Assembly: GCF_006345805.1 (NCBI RefSeq)
Contig: NC_043001.1
Coordinates: forward strand, 127,596,001 to 127,660,000
DNA: 64,000 nucleotides
Direction of reading: 5' to 3'
Source: Octopus sinensis
Lineage: Eukaryota
In this document: positions 50,921-64,000 of the stretch, piece by piece
How the letters are laid out: the number at the start of each line of letters is the position of its first letter
Numbering within the stretch: the first letter of the stretch is position 1
Position numbers and translations under genes: made by a program
The notes under the pieces: model-generated
Database searches by the model: none
What the model saw: the letters and a program-made list of their open reading frames with translations, nothing else
Told to the model about the DNA's origin: nothing

Positions 50921-53853
50921 CCTTAGTGCTTTCATTGGTATTTATATTTGTCAAACTCAGGGAAATGAAAAGCAAAGTAGACTTGGGAGGGTTTGAACTC
51001 AGACCATTAAAGGATGTAAGCAAACACTACATGCTATTTTGTTTGACACTTTCAATTTGGACTTCCAGCACTGTTGCCAAACTGCAAATGAATTGGATAA
51101 GTCTAAAGGCATTCTACAGCCAGATACTCTTCCATTATTCATTTTCATGTAAACTACTAAATCCCATGCCTTCAGGCTGGAAATGAATAAATACCACTGC
51201 CCAAGCAATGTCAATGAAAAGATGGACTTCTATACAGCTACAGTATCAAATTCCACTCATATAGTATTGACCTAAAGCTATTAGAAGGTACTTGCCTAAG
51301 GTGCCATGGAGTGGGATCAAACCCAAAACCGGAAGGCTACAATGTAAACTCCTGAACTTCCAAGCTATTTATTATTTGTAAATAATAAATTGAGCATTTA
51401 AGTTCAAAGAGTCCATCAAGCCAATCAATGGTTCACTACATTTAGGAATGTTAGCATGACAAAAATTGTTTGTACACTTTGTACACTTAGCCTTTAGAAG
51501 GTTGTATTTCTGTCTGCTGAGACAGCTCAAACTAACAATTGAAAATTTAGGCACATGCAAATTGTCAAACAAACTGCACTGAAATACATACATTCATGCA
51601 TACATACATACACATCTTTGGTGAAATACACTTATGTGTGGCAGATTTGAACTTCCCTTAAAAGGATGTATGTCACAAACTCAACCTTTAGCAACAAACA
51701 TAACTGTGAATTCTACAAATTACAAAAGAAAAAAAATATGGCTTTGTAACTTTCAAAGAAGATAATATTAAAAGTAATATAATAATAATAATAATAATGA
51801 AATTATTGTATACAGTGCTCAGGTGCACCACAACTTGTCAGAGTATATGCAGTAATGTACAAATGTCTGGAAAGCGAACAATGCATGAGTCAGATACATG
51901 CTTGTGTGTGTATGGAGGGGATTGTCATTGTAAACATGCCACTCAGTTCAATACATCTATCAATGTCATCAGTTTGGGAAAGCAAGCAAATGTCATAGGT
52001 ACTGCTTCTCCTCTTTTGACTAAGTTATAAAACAGACACACATACATAATTTTAAGGTATCACAAAGGGCACCTCAAAACACTCACTAAGCAGAAAGAGA
52101 GAGGAGATCAAAAGAAAAACATTGAGTCAAAACAAAGGTACTCTAACAGACAACAAGTAATACATAATATTCATCATGAATAATTCTAACTTACTGCATA
52201 CCAAACACACCTATCAGCCCCATATCAGCTAAACAAGAACTTACTTTATAAAAAGTAGTACACAGGCAATATCAAAAGTGGTTGCACATACATAATATTA
52301 AAAAAATGTTCATGGACTTTCTATGCAGCAAAATAATAAAAACTACGAGAACATGTCTAAAGTTACACACAGTGGGACTGAACCCAGGACCATGTGGTTG
52401 GGAAGAAAACTTCTTACCATACAGCCACGCCTGCAATTGTATGTAAAATTAATGCTATGCAAAGTGTCCTTTTTTTTAATAAAAAATAAACATATAATAG
52501 AATGTGATTTGAGGAAGATTTGGCAATTATTGTGCATCAAATCTAGTGAGGAATCTCTCATTGATTCATAGGAGTTGTGTGTTGATCTCAGATGTCAATT
52601 CAGCAAATTTCATGCCAGAGATCTATTTGATCCCCTGAATAGAACTACACCATTAACAAAAATGAATGGTCAAATTCATAACAATAATGACAATGACCAC
52701 CGAAGGGGATCACTTTTATAGTTACAATTATGTTGCCAATAAAATAATAGGCGCAGGAGTGACTGTGTGGTAAGTAGCTTGCTTACCAACCACATGGTTC
52801 CGGGTTCAGTCCCACTGCGTGGCACCTTGGACAAGTGTCTTCTACTATAGCCTTGGCCGACCAAAGCCTTGTGAGTGGATTTGGTAGACGGAAACTGAAA
52901 GAAGCCCGTCGTATATATGTATATGTGTGTGTGTTGTTTGTGTGTCTGTGTTTGTCCTCCTAGCATTGCTTGACAACCGATGCTGGTGTGTTTACGTCCC
53001 CGTCACTTAGCAGTTCGGCAAAAGGAGACCGATAAAATAAGTACTGGGCTTACAAAGAATAAGTCCCGGGGTCGAGTTGCTCGACTAAAGGCGGTGCTCC
53101 AGCATGGCCGCAGTCAACTGACCGAAACAAGTAAAAGAGTAAAAGAGAGAGTCCAGCGGTTGTCTGGAAATATGTAACTGATATAGAAACAGTTTAGTCT
53201 AAGGGAGATAATCAGGAAAATTGATGATAGTAACTACAAGTTAGGTTTTCCCTCTCCCCGCAGGAACGTGTGTGTGTCTGCACGCGCGCGTAATGTCCTG
53301 AGAGACTCTGGGTGTACCCTTAATTACCGTTATGCATTTATCCCAGACAGTCATTTAAGAACCTGTCCAGTTCCTGAGTTCTTGGCAATGTTGGAAATAG
53401 GTGCATCAGTTTTACCCAAGTCCAAGAGGAGATCAAAAGCAGAATGTGTTATATACCCCCAGTCCACCCGAGAAAGAATTGTGGCAGTAATACTTGAAAA
53501 AACAACTGTAATAGCTATATCTTTATACTGGGGAACTTCGGCAAACAACACGACTAAATAAGAGAGCCCTTCCTGTTCCATTATAAGTAAATTCCAGTCT
53601 GTTGTTGCTGAACCTGGTTAAAAATATGAGTAAAAGACTTGATTGTTAGTCTGCAATAAGTATGGGTACATTGTCGTTGTTATACACTATTAATGTATAA
53701 ACATGGCTGTATGGTAAGATGCTTGCTTCCCAACCACATGGTTCCGGGTTCAGTCTCACTGTGTGACACCTTGGGCAACTGTCTTCTACTATGGCCTTGG
53801 GCCAACCAAAGCCTTGTGAGTAGATTTGGTAGACGGAAACTGAAAGAAGCCTG

Positions 53854-53909
<56 letters not shown>

Positions 53910-54984
53910 TCATCATCATCATCATCATCGTTAGTGTCCGCTTTCCATGCTGGCATGGGTTGGACGGTGCAACTGGGGTCTGGGAAGCCAGAAGGCTGCA
54001 CCAGGCCCAGTTTGATCTGGCAATGTTTCTACGGCTGGATGCCCTTCCTAACGCCAACCACTCCATGAGTGTAATGGGTGCTTTTTACGTGCCACCGGCA
54101 CAGGTGCCAGACGAGGCTGGCAAACGGCCACGATCGGATATATGTATATATTTGTGTGTGTGATCGCTTGACTTCCGATGTTGTCAAGCGATCACACACA
54201 CAAATATATACATACATATAGATACATATATATATACATATATATATATATATGTATATATATATGTATGTATATGTATATATTTGTGTGTGATTGCTTG
54301 ACAACCGATGTTGGTGTGTTTATGTTCCCATAACTTAGGAGTTCAGCAAAAGAGACTGATAGAATAAGTACTAGCCTTACAAAGAATAAGTCCTGGAGTC
54401 GATTTCTTCGACTATAATCCTTTAAGATGGTGCTCCAGCATGGCTGCAGTCAAATGACCAAAACAAGTAAAAGTACAAAAGCAATGTCTCTATTATTAGA
54501 TGACAAAATTGTTGTGTCGAGATGAACGCAGCTCTATTCTTGCAGTTCTTAACTATTTATATCTTTGAGCTTGTCAATGACCGTGGCATTGAAGGTGTCA
54601 TTTGTGTGCACTATTTCCAGACTAAATCTGTTGAGCATGATACTTGAAATCTTGGACAAGTTTATCAGGATACTTAGAACAAAGCCGAAGTGGCACACAA
54701 AAAGTTAACTGTATGTTGAAAAAACGCCCCAAGACTCTTAGGTTTCTGTATTGCATCCTACTGGGCATCATTTTCCGGTAATCCAAGTATAAGGACTGTC
54801 TCTCAGTTAGTAGTGCAAATTTTACCATTGATTTTTCAAAGAACTTAAAATAAACTTGAACTTAACACTATGTATAGAAGACACAGAAAGTAGTAGTCAA
54901 GTTGACTGGAGTGTGCAGTATAGCATCTCCTATTGATACTGTTACAACTTCTGTCATGTTGGCCTTCAGCAGGGAAACCTTCCT

Positions 54985-55560
54985 TTCTTCATCCTGGAAC
55001 CCATATCTTGCCCAGGATATCAATCGTCTGGAAGCCATTCAGCGACATGCAACCAAAAGAATACCCTCCATCAGGCATTTGCCATATTCTGAATGCCTTA
55101 CTTCCCTGGGCATGGACACATTGAAACTCCGACGTCTGGCAGCTGACTTGGCAGACACCCATAAAATTATCAACCATCTTACAAACAATAACTCTGAGCA
55201 CCTTTTCGAACTCCACCCGTCTAACACCCGTGGACATATTTACAAAGTCAGAAAACAGCACAGTTCCCATGACTTTTGGAAAGATTTTTTCATGCTGAGA
55301 GTTGCTGAAGCATGGAACAAATTGCCGGCATCAGTTGTTAGTTGTCGGAGCACTGCATCCTTCAAAACTTCCATGCTTTCTGAGATTCGCCAACACTACA
55401 CCTGATTTTCTCCCCTCCATACACACACAAGCATGTATCTGACTCATACATTGTTCGCTTTCCAGACATTTGTACATTACTGCATATACTTTATACGCAC
55501 TTTCTGACAATTTGTGGTGCACCTGAGCACTGTATACAATAATTTCATTATTATTTATAA
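54985..55560 (+). mobile_element. CR1/L2-group LINE 3' end; shorter copies at ~42010-42230(+) and ~51780-51920(-)
   Basis: WNPYLAQDINRLEAIQRHATKRIP...LRRLAADL...NTRGH...FFMLRVAEAWNKLP; 3' GTGCACCTGAGCAC hairpin and ATT-rich tail. Confidence 0.9.
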
Positions 55561-58500
55561 TATTTATAACTTTTTTGTTCCATGTATAACAGGATGGGAT
55601 GTTATGGTACAGAAATGTTTCTGCAAAAGGAATGATACTTGCTCAGCTTGGAAAAAAGACTGGAATTGTTGTGTCCCTTGGACCGTGTACATGGCTTCTT
55701 CATGTAAGTATGTAAATGTAAGTGCAGGTGTGGCTGTGTGGTAAGAAACTTGTTTCCCAACCACATGGTTCTAGGTTCAGGCCTACTACGTGGCACCTTG
55801 TAGTAGTTGCTTCAATGTAGTAAATCCACTGGCAATTTTCCGAAGTAACAAGTTATTGAATGCTGAAGTATCTTCCTGAATGGGAAATATGAAAAAGCAC
55901 CAGAAAGCCTGATTGCTGCTGATGTGTTGTCCCTGATGGAACTGGGTAACTTCATTTCAGCTGTTCACTGCATCAGAGCAAACACAATAGTGTCGAATCT
56001 CTTGAAGATGATTTGCAGACATATTTCATGAACTTTACTGCATTGCAAGCTCTCTCTTTACTCTTTTACATGTTTCAGTCACTTGACTGCGGCCATGCTG
56101 GAGACCCCGGGACTTATTCTTTGTAAGCCCAGTACTTATTCTATCGGTCTCTTTGCCGAACCGCTAAGTGACAGGGACATAAACACACCAGCATCGGTTG
56201 TCAAGCAATGCTAGGGGGACAAACACAGACACACAAACACACACACACACATATATATATATATACGACAAGCTTCTTTCAGTTTCCGTCTACCAAATCC
56301 ACTCACAAGGCTTTGGTCGGCCCGAGGCTATAGTAGAAGACACTTGCCCAAGGTGCCATGCAGTGGGACTGAACCCGGTACCATGTGGTTAGTAAACAAG
56401 CTACTTACCACACAGCCACTTCTGCGCCTATGTATGCATTAAATGTCTTGGTCAGGAGTGGGTACTAGACAACTATCTACCTGTTGCCAATTTCAAGCTG
56501 TCTGACAAACACTTGTAAACTGCCGTTCTCTGTAGCTCTTCAGTAAAAGATGTAGTCATCTTCACTTGTCTAAATCTTTTTGACAAATGGCCTTGGAAAA
56601 TAAATATATTGTCTTCGATGCAAGATGAATTTCTGTTGACAACACCACATGGACCCATGAACCATCTCATTAAAATTATACTGGAAGCACAATTAATATG
56701 ATGATAGTAATTTGATTGGAGTGAATGTTGTTGTTTGTTAACTAGGTCTATGTACACATAGAAAAGACCAATATTCGGCACTTAGTTAAATCCACCATTT
56801 TTCTCAGTTTTAATGTGAGATCATACCCAGTCAATGTTTGTTTACCCAGGAATGACCACTTTGTGAATTCCTTTCCACTTGGAGTCACAAATGAAAGTAA
56901 TGAAGTTTTATGAACTGCCATTCATCACTTTACATCTGCTTTCCATGCCGGCATAGGAAGAATGGGTCATCAATGACAGTCCTTATTTAGAGTTACTAAC
57001 CTCCTAGACAGGCAAGAGAAGATTTGATAGACAAAATTTAATGAAAGAAACCCATTGTATGTATTTACATATGTGTGTATGTGTGATTACATCTGCACTT
57101 TTCCAAAAATCACTTTGCTAGAAATACTATCAGATGATTTAAACTGTAACTGTGGTTAAAAAGCACACTCTGGAACCATATGGTTTCCGGGTTCAGTCCA
57201 CTGCAAATCTACTACAGCCCCAAGATGAGCAATGCCTTGTGAGTGAATTTGGTAAACAGAAACTGTGCAGAAGCTTGTTGTGCATGTGTCTCTCTTGCTT
57301 TCTGTTTGTCCTCCCACCACTTAACAACTGGTGTTGGTTTGTTTGCATCCCATACTTGGTGGTTCAACAAAAGAAACTGACAAAATAAGTACCAGACAGT
57401 AAAAGGGTAGATACTGGGGCTGATTTGTTCAGGCCCTTCAAGGTGGTGCCCATCACAGCCACAGTCCAATGACTGAAACAGGTAAAAGATAAAAGACATA
57501 CATGGTGATTCAAAAGTCTATTTAGCATACAGATGTAGTTGTGTGGTTAAGAAGCTTGTTTCCCAAATACATGTTTTCTGGTTCAATCCCAGCATGGCAC
57601 CATGGATAAGAGTCTTCTACAATAGCCCCATGCTGACAAAGCCTTGTGAGTGGATTTGGTAGATGGAAACTGAAAGAAGCTCATTGTGTGCATGTGTGTA
57701 TGTTACTGTCTCCTTGTCTTAAAATCACGTGATATTTGTAAATGGTGTTGGTGTGTGCCCTCATAACTTGGTGGTTTGGAAAAAGAGAACAGTAAAATAA
57801 GTATCAGACTTAACAAAAAAATAAGTACTAAGGTCAATTCATTCAGCTAAAAATTCTTTAGGTGGTGGCCCAGCATGGCTGCAGTCTAACAACTGAAACA
57901 AGTACAAGGTAAATGACACCATTGTACAAATTGTATCAACTATATCCAATCTTCCACGGAACATGCCTGTTTGTGGGGGGAAAATATTACCCAAGTGTGG
58001 CTGTGGTAAGAAACACACACACACACACATATACGATGGGCTTCTTTCAGTTTCTATCTACCAAATCCTTGCACAAGGCTTTGGTTAGCCCAAGGCTATG
58101 GTAGAAGACATTTGCCCAAGATGCCACGTAGTAGGCCTGAACCTAGAACCATGTGGTTGGGAAACAAGTTTCTTACCACACAGCCACACCTGCACTTACA
58201 TTTACATACTTACATGAAGAAGCCATGTATTCACCTCTTCAACAAAACACTTGCTCCTATTCTTCTATTATATTTTCATCTCCCTCAGTAGGCTTGAAAG
58301 TATTTGGTGACCTCACCAGTGCTGGTGGCACATAAAAAGCACCCAGCATACTCTGTGAGGTGGTTGGCATTAGGAAGGGCATCCAGCTGTAGAAGCCTTA
58401 CTAAAGCGGACACTGAAGTTTAATGTAGCTCATCAGTTCATGTCAATCTATCCAACACATGCCAGCATGAAAAAAGTGATGTTAAATGCTGATAATGATG

Positions 58501-58898
58501 ATGATACAGGTGTATGGTATTATATTTACATATACACATGTACATATACTCAGGTGAGATACATGTAAGAAACATAACTATTTGCCATGTAATTAGGATA
58601 TCTTCAATCTGAAATACAGAAAACATTAGAAACTCAGATGAGTGAACAATGATGGAAAGCAGAGTGGAGAGAACGTGGGAGTGAGTGATATAATGATGAT
58701 GATGATGGAAAGATTAACTACTAGGAAAGATAACAACCCTGTGGTAAAAAATATACAGGTCAACAGCTGGAGATATGCCAGTGTCACAATAACAGATTCC
58801 AAAATTTAAAAAATGCACTGACGCTTCAGTAAAATTAAAAGCACCATTGCAGCTAGTCTTGGCATTTTGGAATTTCCACATGGATTCTTCTTACAATA

Positions 58899-59131
58899 TA
58901 TTTCTTTACTACCCACAAGGGGCTAAACACAGAGGGGACAAACAAGGACAGACAAACGGATTAAGTCGATTACATCGACCCCAGTGCGTAACTGGTACTT
59001 AATTTATCGACCCCGAAAGGATGAAAGGCAAAGTCAACCTCGGCAGAATTTGAACCCAGAACGTAACGGCAGACAAAATACGGCTACGCATTTCGCCCAG
59101 CGTGCTAACGTTTCTGCCAGCTCACCGCCTT
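58899..59131 (-). mobile_element. SINE family B monomer; others at ~572-810(-), 12587-12820(-), 32018-32200(+), 37434-37668(-), 37986-38218(+)
   Basis: tRNA-like head with B-box GTTCAAATTC; central GCCTTTCATCCTTTCGGGGTCGATAAATTAAGTACCAG resembling the Meta-SINE domain (recalled); TSD TCTTCTTACAATA. Confidence 0.9.
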
Positions 59132-61169
59132 TCTTCTTACAATAGTTTATACACACATGTACATATCATATATATACACACACACAAGCATGAGTATGTG
59201 GATATGAAATTCGTTTTGCAACCATGTTTTCAGATTAAGTCTCAATGTGCGACACCAGTGACTTCTTTACGATAGCCCCAGGCAAAGCAATGCCATGCAA
59301 CTGAATTTGGTACACAGCAGCTGCGCATGTCTGCAAATGTGCATGAATGTTAATGCACTATGTTTGTCATTGCTCGAGTCAAACGGTGAAGCTTTTGAAG
59401 TTCCTTGTTGACATTAGACAACTGGTCATTGTGTGCTTTTAAAGAGCTCATCATCATCATTTTAACATCCGCTTTTCCATGCTTGCATGAGGTGGACAGA
59501 GTTTATTGAGGCAAATTTTCTATGACTGAAAGCCCATCCTGGTGCCAACCTCCATCTCTGATTTCAAGCAAGGCAATATTTCTCCATGGCCTGATATCCT
59601 TCTGCAAAATATGTGGAACAAGTGACACTGCTTGTAAGCACAGTGGCACTTACAAGTACTGCATAAGATCAAGACAAGGAGACATGCACACACATACACA
59701 AAGTCACAGGCTTCTTTCAGAGTCTGTCTACCAAATTCACTCACAAGAACTTGCTCAGCTTAGGGCTATGGTAGAAGGTGCCATGCAGTGAGACTTTAGC
59801 AGGAACTATGTAGTTGGGAAGCAAACTTCTTAACCACACAGCAACATCTGCAACTCTGGATTAAAAATCAGGTAAAGTTTAGTGATAAGACAAGAATCTA
59901 GCAGTAAAATCTTGCCTCAGATAATAACTCTTCATGTAACCCATGCTAGTTTCAAAAAACATATTAAACAAATATATACCAAAACAAATCTATACAGAAA
60001 CAAATATATACAGATAAGACAGTTCTCAAGCTGTAATGACTACAATGATGCTAAATAAAAGGCAGAAAACACTCTGCACATTTATGACACAATACTTAAT
60101 GCATTTTGGAACTACACTGATGGAACATGGTTTAACATCATCACATGTTAGCATGTATATTTGAAAGATGATGGGGAAATAGTCTCACATCAAAACATTA
60201 ATCATTTACTGCATTATACACTGAATTATATTTCAATATTTGAATTGGAATTTACTTTTTAATCATCATCATCAACAGTCAACATTCATTTCCATGCTGG
60301 CATGGGTTGGAGAGCTTGACAGAAACTAACAAGGCCAGGGCCCACACCAGGTTCCATAGTCTGTTTTGGATTGATTTTTACAGCTGGAAGCCCTTCCTAT
60401 TGCCAACCACTCCACAGAGTGTACTGGGTGCTTTTTACACGACATCAGCACCCACACCAATGTTTTTTACATGACACCTTGGTTTTAGGATCTTAATTCT
60501 GAAGTGGTTGGCGGGTCTTCTCAAGTACAATAATACACCAATATCTCAGTCCTCTGTCATCTCAGCATTTTGAGATCGAAATAATATTTAGCCCCAAGCC
60601 ACCAAAGCCTTGTGAGTGGATTTGGTAAACAGAAACTGAGAAAAGCCCGTCATGTGTGTGTGTGTGTGTGCATGCGTGCATATTTGCGTCCCCTTGTTTT
60701 GACGCTGTGAGATAGTTATTTTTTTTAAATGATCATCGCTGTCATATAAGCAGTGTCAATCATTTCCAATATTCTGCAATAACATGTCTGTCCTTGCTTG
60801 AAAACAGGTGGTGATTGGCAAGAGGAATGGCATTCAGCCACAGAAAATCTGCCTCAAGAAACTCCATCAACCCATACAAGCATGAAAAAGTGGGCATTAA
60901 AATGATGATGATGAATACTTAAAATCTTCCACTGTATAGGCACTGTCTACCTTGTTTTAAGGTAAGAAATACATTTTCCTCCAGAGTCCTTGAGCTGTTA
61001 CTTATCTCTCACTGTTATTCAAATGAATCAGTCTAGCTTTCAGTGTCATCTGACACGCTGATTAACTTTCAGGAATTTAGATGACTTAAAGTGAAGTCTG
61101 TTTGCATTCTTTGTAATACAAATGAACTGCAAAGAATGGAAACAGAAGGCACATTTCTGAGTATATATA

Positions 61170-62439
61170 CAGGGGCTGGACAGAATAATGGAAACACCTT
61201 AAAATTTCAAACAAATTTATTTTAATATCGGGTAGGACCACCTTTAGAATTCAGCCTGAATTCTACGAGGTATGGACTCGTACAAAGTCTGAATTGTTTC
61301 CAAAGGAATTTTTGTCCATTCTTCAGCTAAAACAGTCTCCAGTTCTTGTAGTGATGATGGTGGAGGATATCAATTGACTCCTTACTTGTTTTTCTATAAT
61401 GCACCATAAACATTCAATAATATCGAGATCTAGGGACTGTGGTGGCCAGATAAGATGTTCAACTTCACTAGAATGTTCCTCGTGCCATTCACTAACAACT
61501 TTAGATGTGTGAATTGGTGCATTATCACCCTGAAAGATTGTTTCCCTCCGGAAACAGTTCTGCAACCATTGGATGAATTTGAGAAGATAAAATACTTAAA
61601 TAGTCCTGACTATTAATTCTACCATGAAGGGAAACCATTGGGCCGGCAGATCTCCAAGATATAGCCCCACTAGATCATCACAGATCCTCCTCCATGTTTA
61701 ACAGTTGGAAGAAGGCAGTCTGGGTTAAATGCTTCTTTTGGCTGTCTCCACACGTATACTTCGCCGGTGGTAGGAAATAAGGCAAAGGATGATTCGTCCA
61801 ACAAAATAACATTCTTCCACTGCTCTAGGGACCAATTCTGTAGGTTTTTACTCCACTCTAAACACTTTGCAACGTTTGTTTTTGAAAGTAGTGGTTTTCT
61901 GATTGCAGCCCTCCCATGAAATCTGGCTTTGTGCAGCTCCCAGCGAACAATTTTTGTGGAAGCTGGGTTCTCGAGGTAGTCATTAAGATCTGCAGTATTT
62001 TGGGAGCTTTACTTTTGTGATCCGTTGTAGCAATTCGCGTAAGAGTCCAACGGTCCCTACCTGAAAGTTTTCATTTTCTTCCAGAGTTTTGTTTCGACAA
62101 AGAAGTTTTTCCTTCTTTCTCAAAGGCTGTCATTACTCTCAAGACAGTACTTCTTGATACACCAAACATTTCAGCTGTTTTCATTATGCTAGCACCCGCC
62201 ATACAAGCACCAACAATCTGACCTCTTTGAAAGTCTGATAGATCTGTCATTTTAATGAATTTTAATTACCTTTCTCTGATGATATCTGAAAAGAAACAGC
62301 AATTTTAGCAAAACATATTAAGCAACACTAATAATAAATCAAAAAACATAAAAATAAACAAGCTTTTGATGATTTTATAGATATTTCAAAATTCTGATGC
62401 TATGATGCTAGGTGTTTCCATTATTTCATCCAAGCCCTA
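61170..62439 (-). mobile_element. Full-length decayed Tc1-family transposon with DD36E spacing
   Basis: 30-bp imperfect TIRs (CAGGGGCTGGACAGAATAATGGAAACACCT) flanked by TA; ORF starts MTDLSDFQRGQIVGA at 62250; FQGDNAPIH...WPPQSLDLDIIE; frameshifts and stops present. Confidence 0.92.
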
Positions 62440-62674
62440 TATATACATCTATAGGCATGGCTGTGTGGTTATGACATTCATTTCAGAACCATGTGGTTTC
62501 AAGTTCAGTCCTGTTGTGTGGAACCTTGGGCAAGTGTCTTCTATAAAACTTTGGTCTGACTAATGCCTTAAAAAGAAGACAATTAAGGGTTGATAAGAAA
62601 AGTGTCCAGCCTTTGCCAAACCCATGCCAACATGGAAAGCACGAAACATAAAACAATAATAAGGATACTATTTC

Positions 62675-62779
<105 letters not shown>

Positions 62780-63201
62780 TTATGAATTTGTTTTGCAAGA
62801 TTCTTGATGTGAAATCATGTGTTGAAACAGATATTGTTATATTTCAAGATGGTCGTTTTTTATTTATTTATTTTTTTGCTTGCCAAATAAACACATGCAC
62901 TATATATTCAATTTTCACCCATTTATTATTGGTCTCATTTTATCTTATGTCCACTGTCTAGAAATCATCACACACCTGTGACCTCTAGAAAGACAGAATG
63001 GACTAAACAGAACGGGAGGAGACATGTGGGATGCAAGAGTCACTGAACAGGTCACAGGTGTGCGACGAAAGATTTCCAGGCAGTGGCCATAAGAAAAATA
63101 AGAAAAATAATAAATGAGTGAAGAATGAATATATTGTGTATGTATTTATTTGACAAGAAAATATATTCTTTTAATTTTAAAAATGAGCACGCCGAAATAT
63201 A

Positions 63202-63205
<4 letters not shown>

Positions 63206-63248
<43 letters not shown>

Positions 63249-63519
63249 TGGTGTGTGTGTGTGTGGTGTGTGTGTGTGTGTGTGGTGTGTGTGGTGTGTG
63301 TGTGTATGGTGTGTGTGTGTGTGGTGTGTGTGTGATGAGTGTGTGATGTGTGTGTGTGTGGTGTGTGCGTGATGTGTGTGTGTGGTGTGTGTGTGTGTGT
63401 GTGGTGTATGTGTGTGATGTGTGTGGTGTGTGTGTGTGTGTGGTGTGTGTATGTGTGTGTGGTGTGTGTGTGTGTGTGTGTGTGTGGTGTGGTGTGTGTG
63501 TGTGTGTGTGTGTGTGTGT
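63206..63519. repeat. Long imperfect (TG)n microsatellite
   Basis: Read directly; source of the His/Thr and Cys/Val spurious ORFs. Confidence 0.95.
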
Positions 63520-63586
63520 CAAATAAAATGAGGCAACAAAGCAAAGGTTGTGTGGAATTTTCAGGACATTTATATAGAGATAGTTA

Positions 63587-63634
63587 GTCTTATAGTTGTA
63601 TCTGGGATATTAGGGATATCCCTTCATCAGAAAC
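63587..63634 (-). ncRNA. Degenerate minimal hammerhead ribozyme
   Basis: Minus strand GTTT-CTGATGA-a-GGGATAT-cccta-ATATCCC-a-GATAC-aact-ATA-AGAC; perfect 7-bp stem II, stem I GUUU/AGAC; GAAA box mutated to GATA. Confidence 0.65.
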
Positions 63635-63828
63635 GATGCGAGGTGGTTAAATGGATAGAAATGTGAGAGTTCAACATAAGGAATTATATTGGAAAAGGAA
63701 GCAAATAAGGAGTATATAGGGAAATAGGAGAATGAATGTAAAAATAAAAATATATAAAGATTAGTTTTTGTGTGTGGCAGATGCACAGAAGTAATAAACA
63801 CTGAAGATGTACAGAAAATAGGTTCCAT

Positions 63829-64000
63829 CACACCGGGGGATAAAACTAGAAGTAGTTAAAAGCTTTCGCTACCTAGGCAACCAAGTCTGTAGTGGGGGGG
63901 AGGGGTTGCTCTGAGAGTGTAGCAGATAGAATAAGAATAGCTAGCGCAAAGTTCAGGGAGCTCCTACCTCTGCTGGCAACTAAGAGCCTCTCGCTCAGGA
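63829..64000 (+). mobile_element. RTE LINE RT-thumb fragment, truncated by the window edge
   Basis: Frameshifted KLEVV..FRYLG.QVCSGG..CSESVADRIRIASAKFRELLPLLATKSLSLR. Confidence 0.85.

Noticed and set aside
53173-53686. Possible solo LTR (TGTAAC...TACA) or small exon
   Set aside because: No TSD, imperfect termini, no recognisable protein or splice pair
54490-56800. Coding-like composition at 54490-54830 and 56470-56780
   Set aside because: Multiple stops and no motif I can identify; probably decayed TE and would need a translated search
63052-63587. His/Thr-rich and Cys/Val-rich ORFs
   Set aside because: Translations of the (TG)n microsatellite

Overview
AT-rich eukaryotic DNA saturated with repeats. 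The tRNA-derived SINE families, RTE/CR1 LINE fragments and microsatellite load suggest an octopus or other coleoid cephalopod genome (inference). The ORF track misses a spliced minus-strand gene. Four coding exons (31302-31250, 16399-16302, 5650-5531, 2797-2669) join in phase into the N-terminus of a type II membrane protein resembling KIAA2013/DUF2152. A candidate promoter lies at ~31337-31382 and the gene continues off the left edge. Nearly everything else is transposon-derived: at least four SINE families, many RTE 3' ends with hairpin-repeat arrays, CR1-type tails, two Tc1/mariner relics, hAT and TTAA MITEs and a non-autonomous Helitron. The most notable signals are (1) minimal type I hammerhead ribozyme motifs in non-coding elements, mostly beside microsatellites, with one intact at 11120-11162 and degenerate ones at ~43220, ~43760 and ~63590, the ~43760 copy lying downstream of a tRNA-like Pol III head; and (2) SINE multimers with an identical palindromic junction at independent loci, suggesting a circular or template-jump intermediate. 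Repeat boundaries were read by eye and are approximate unless a TSD is given.
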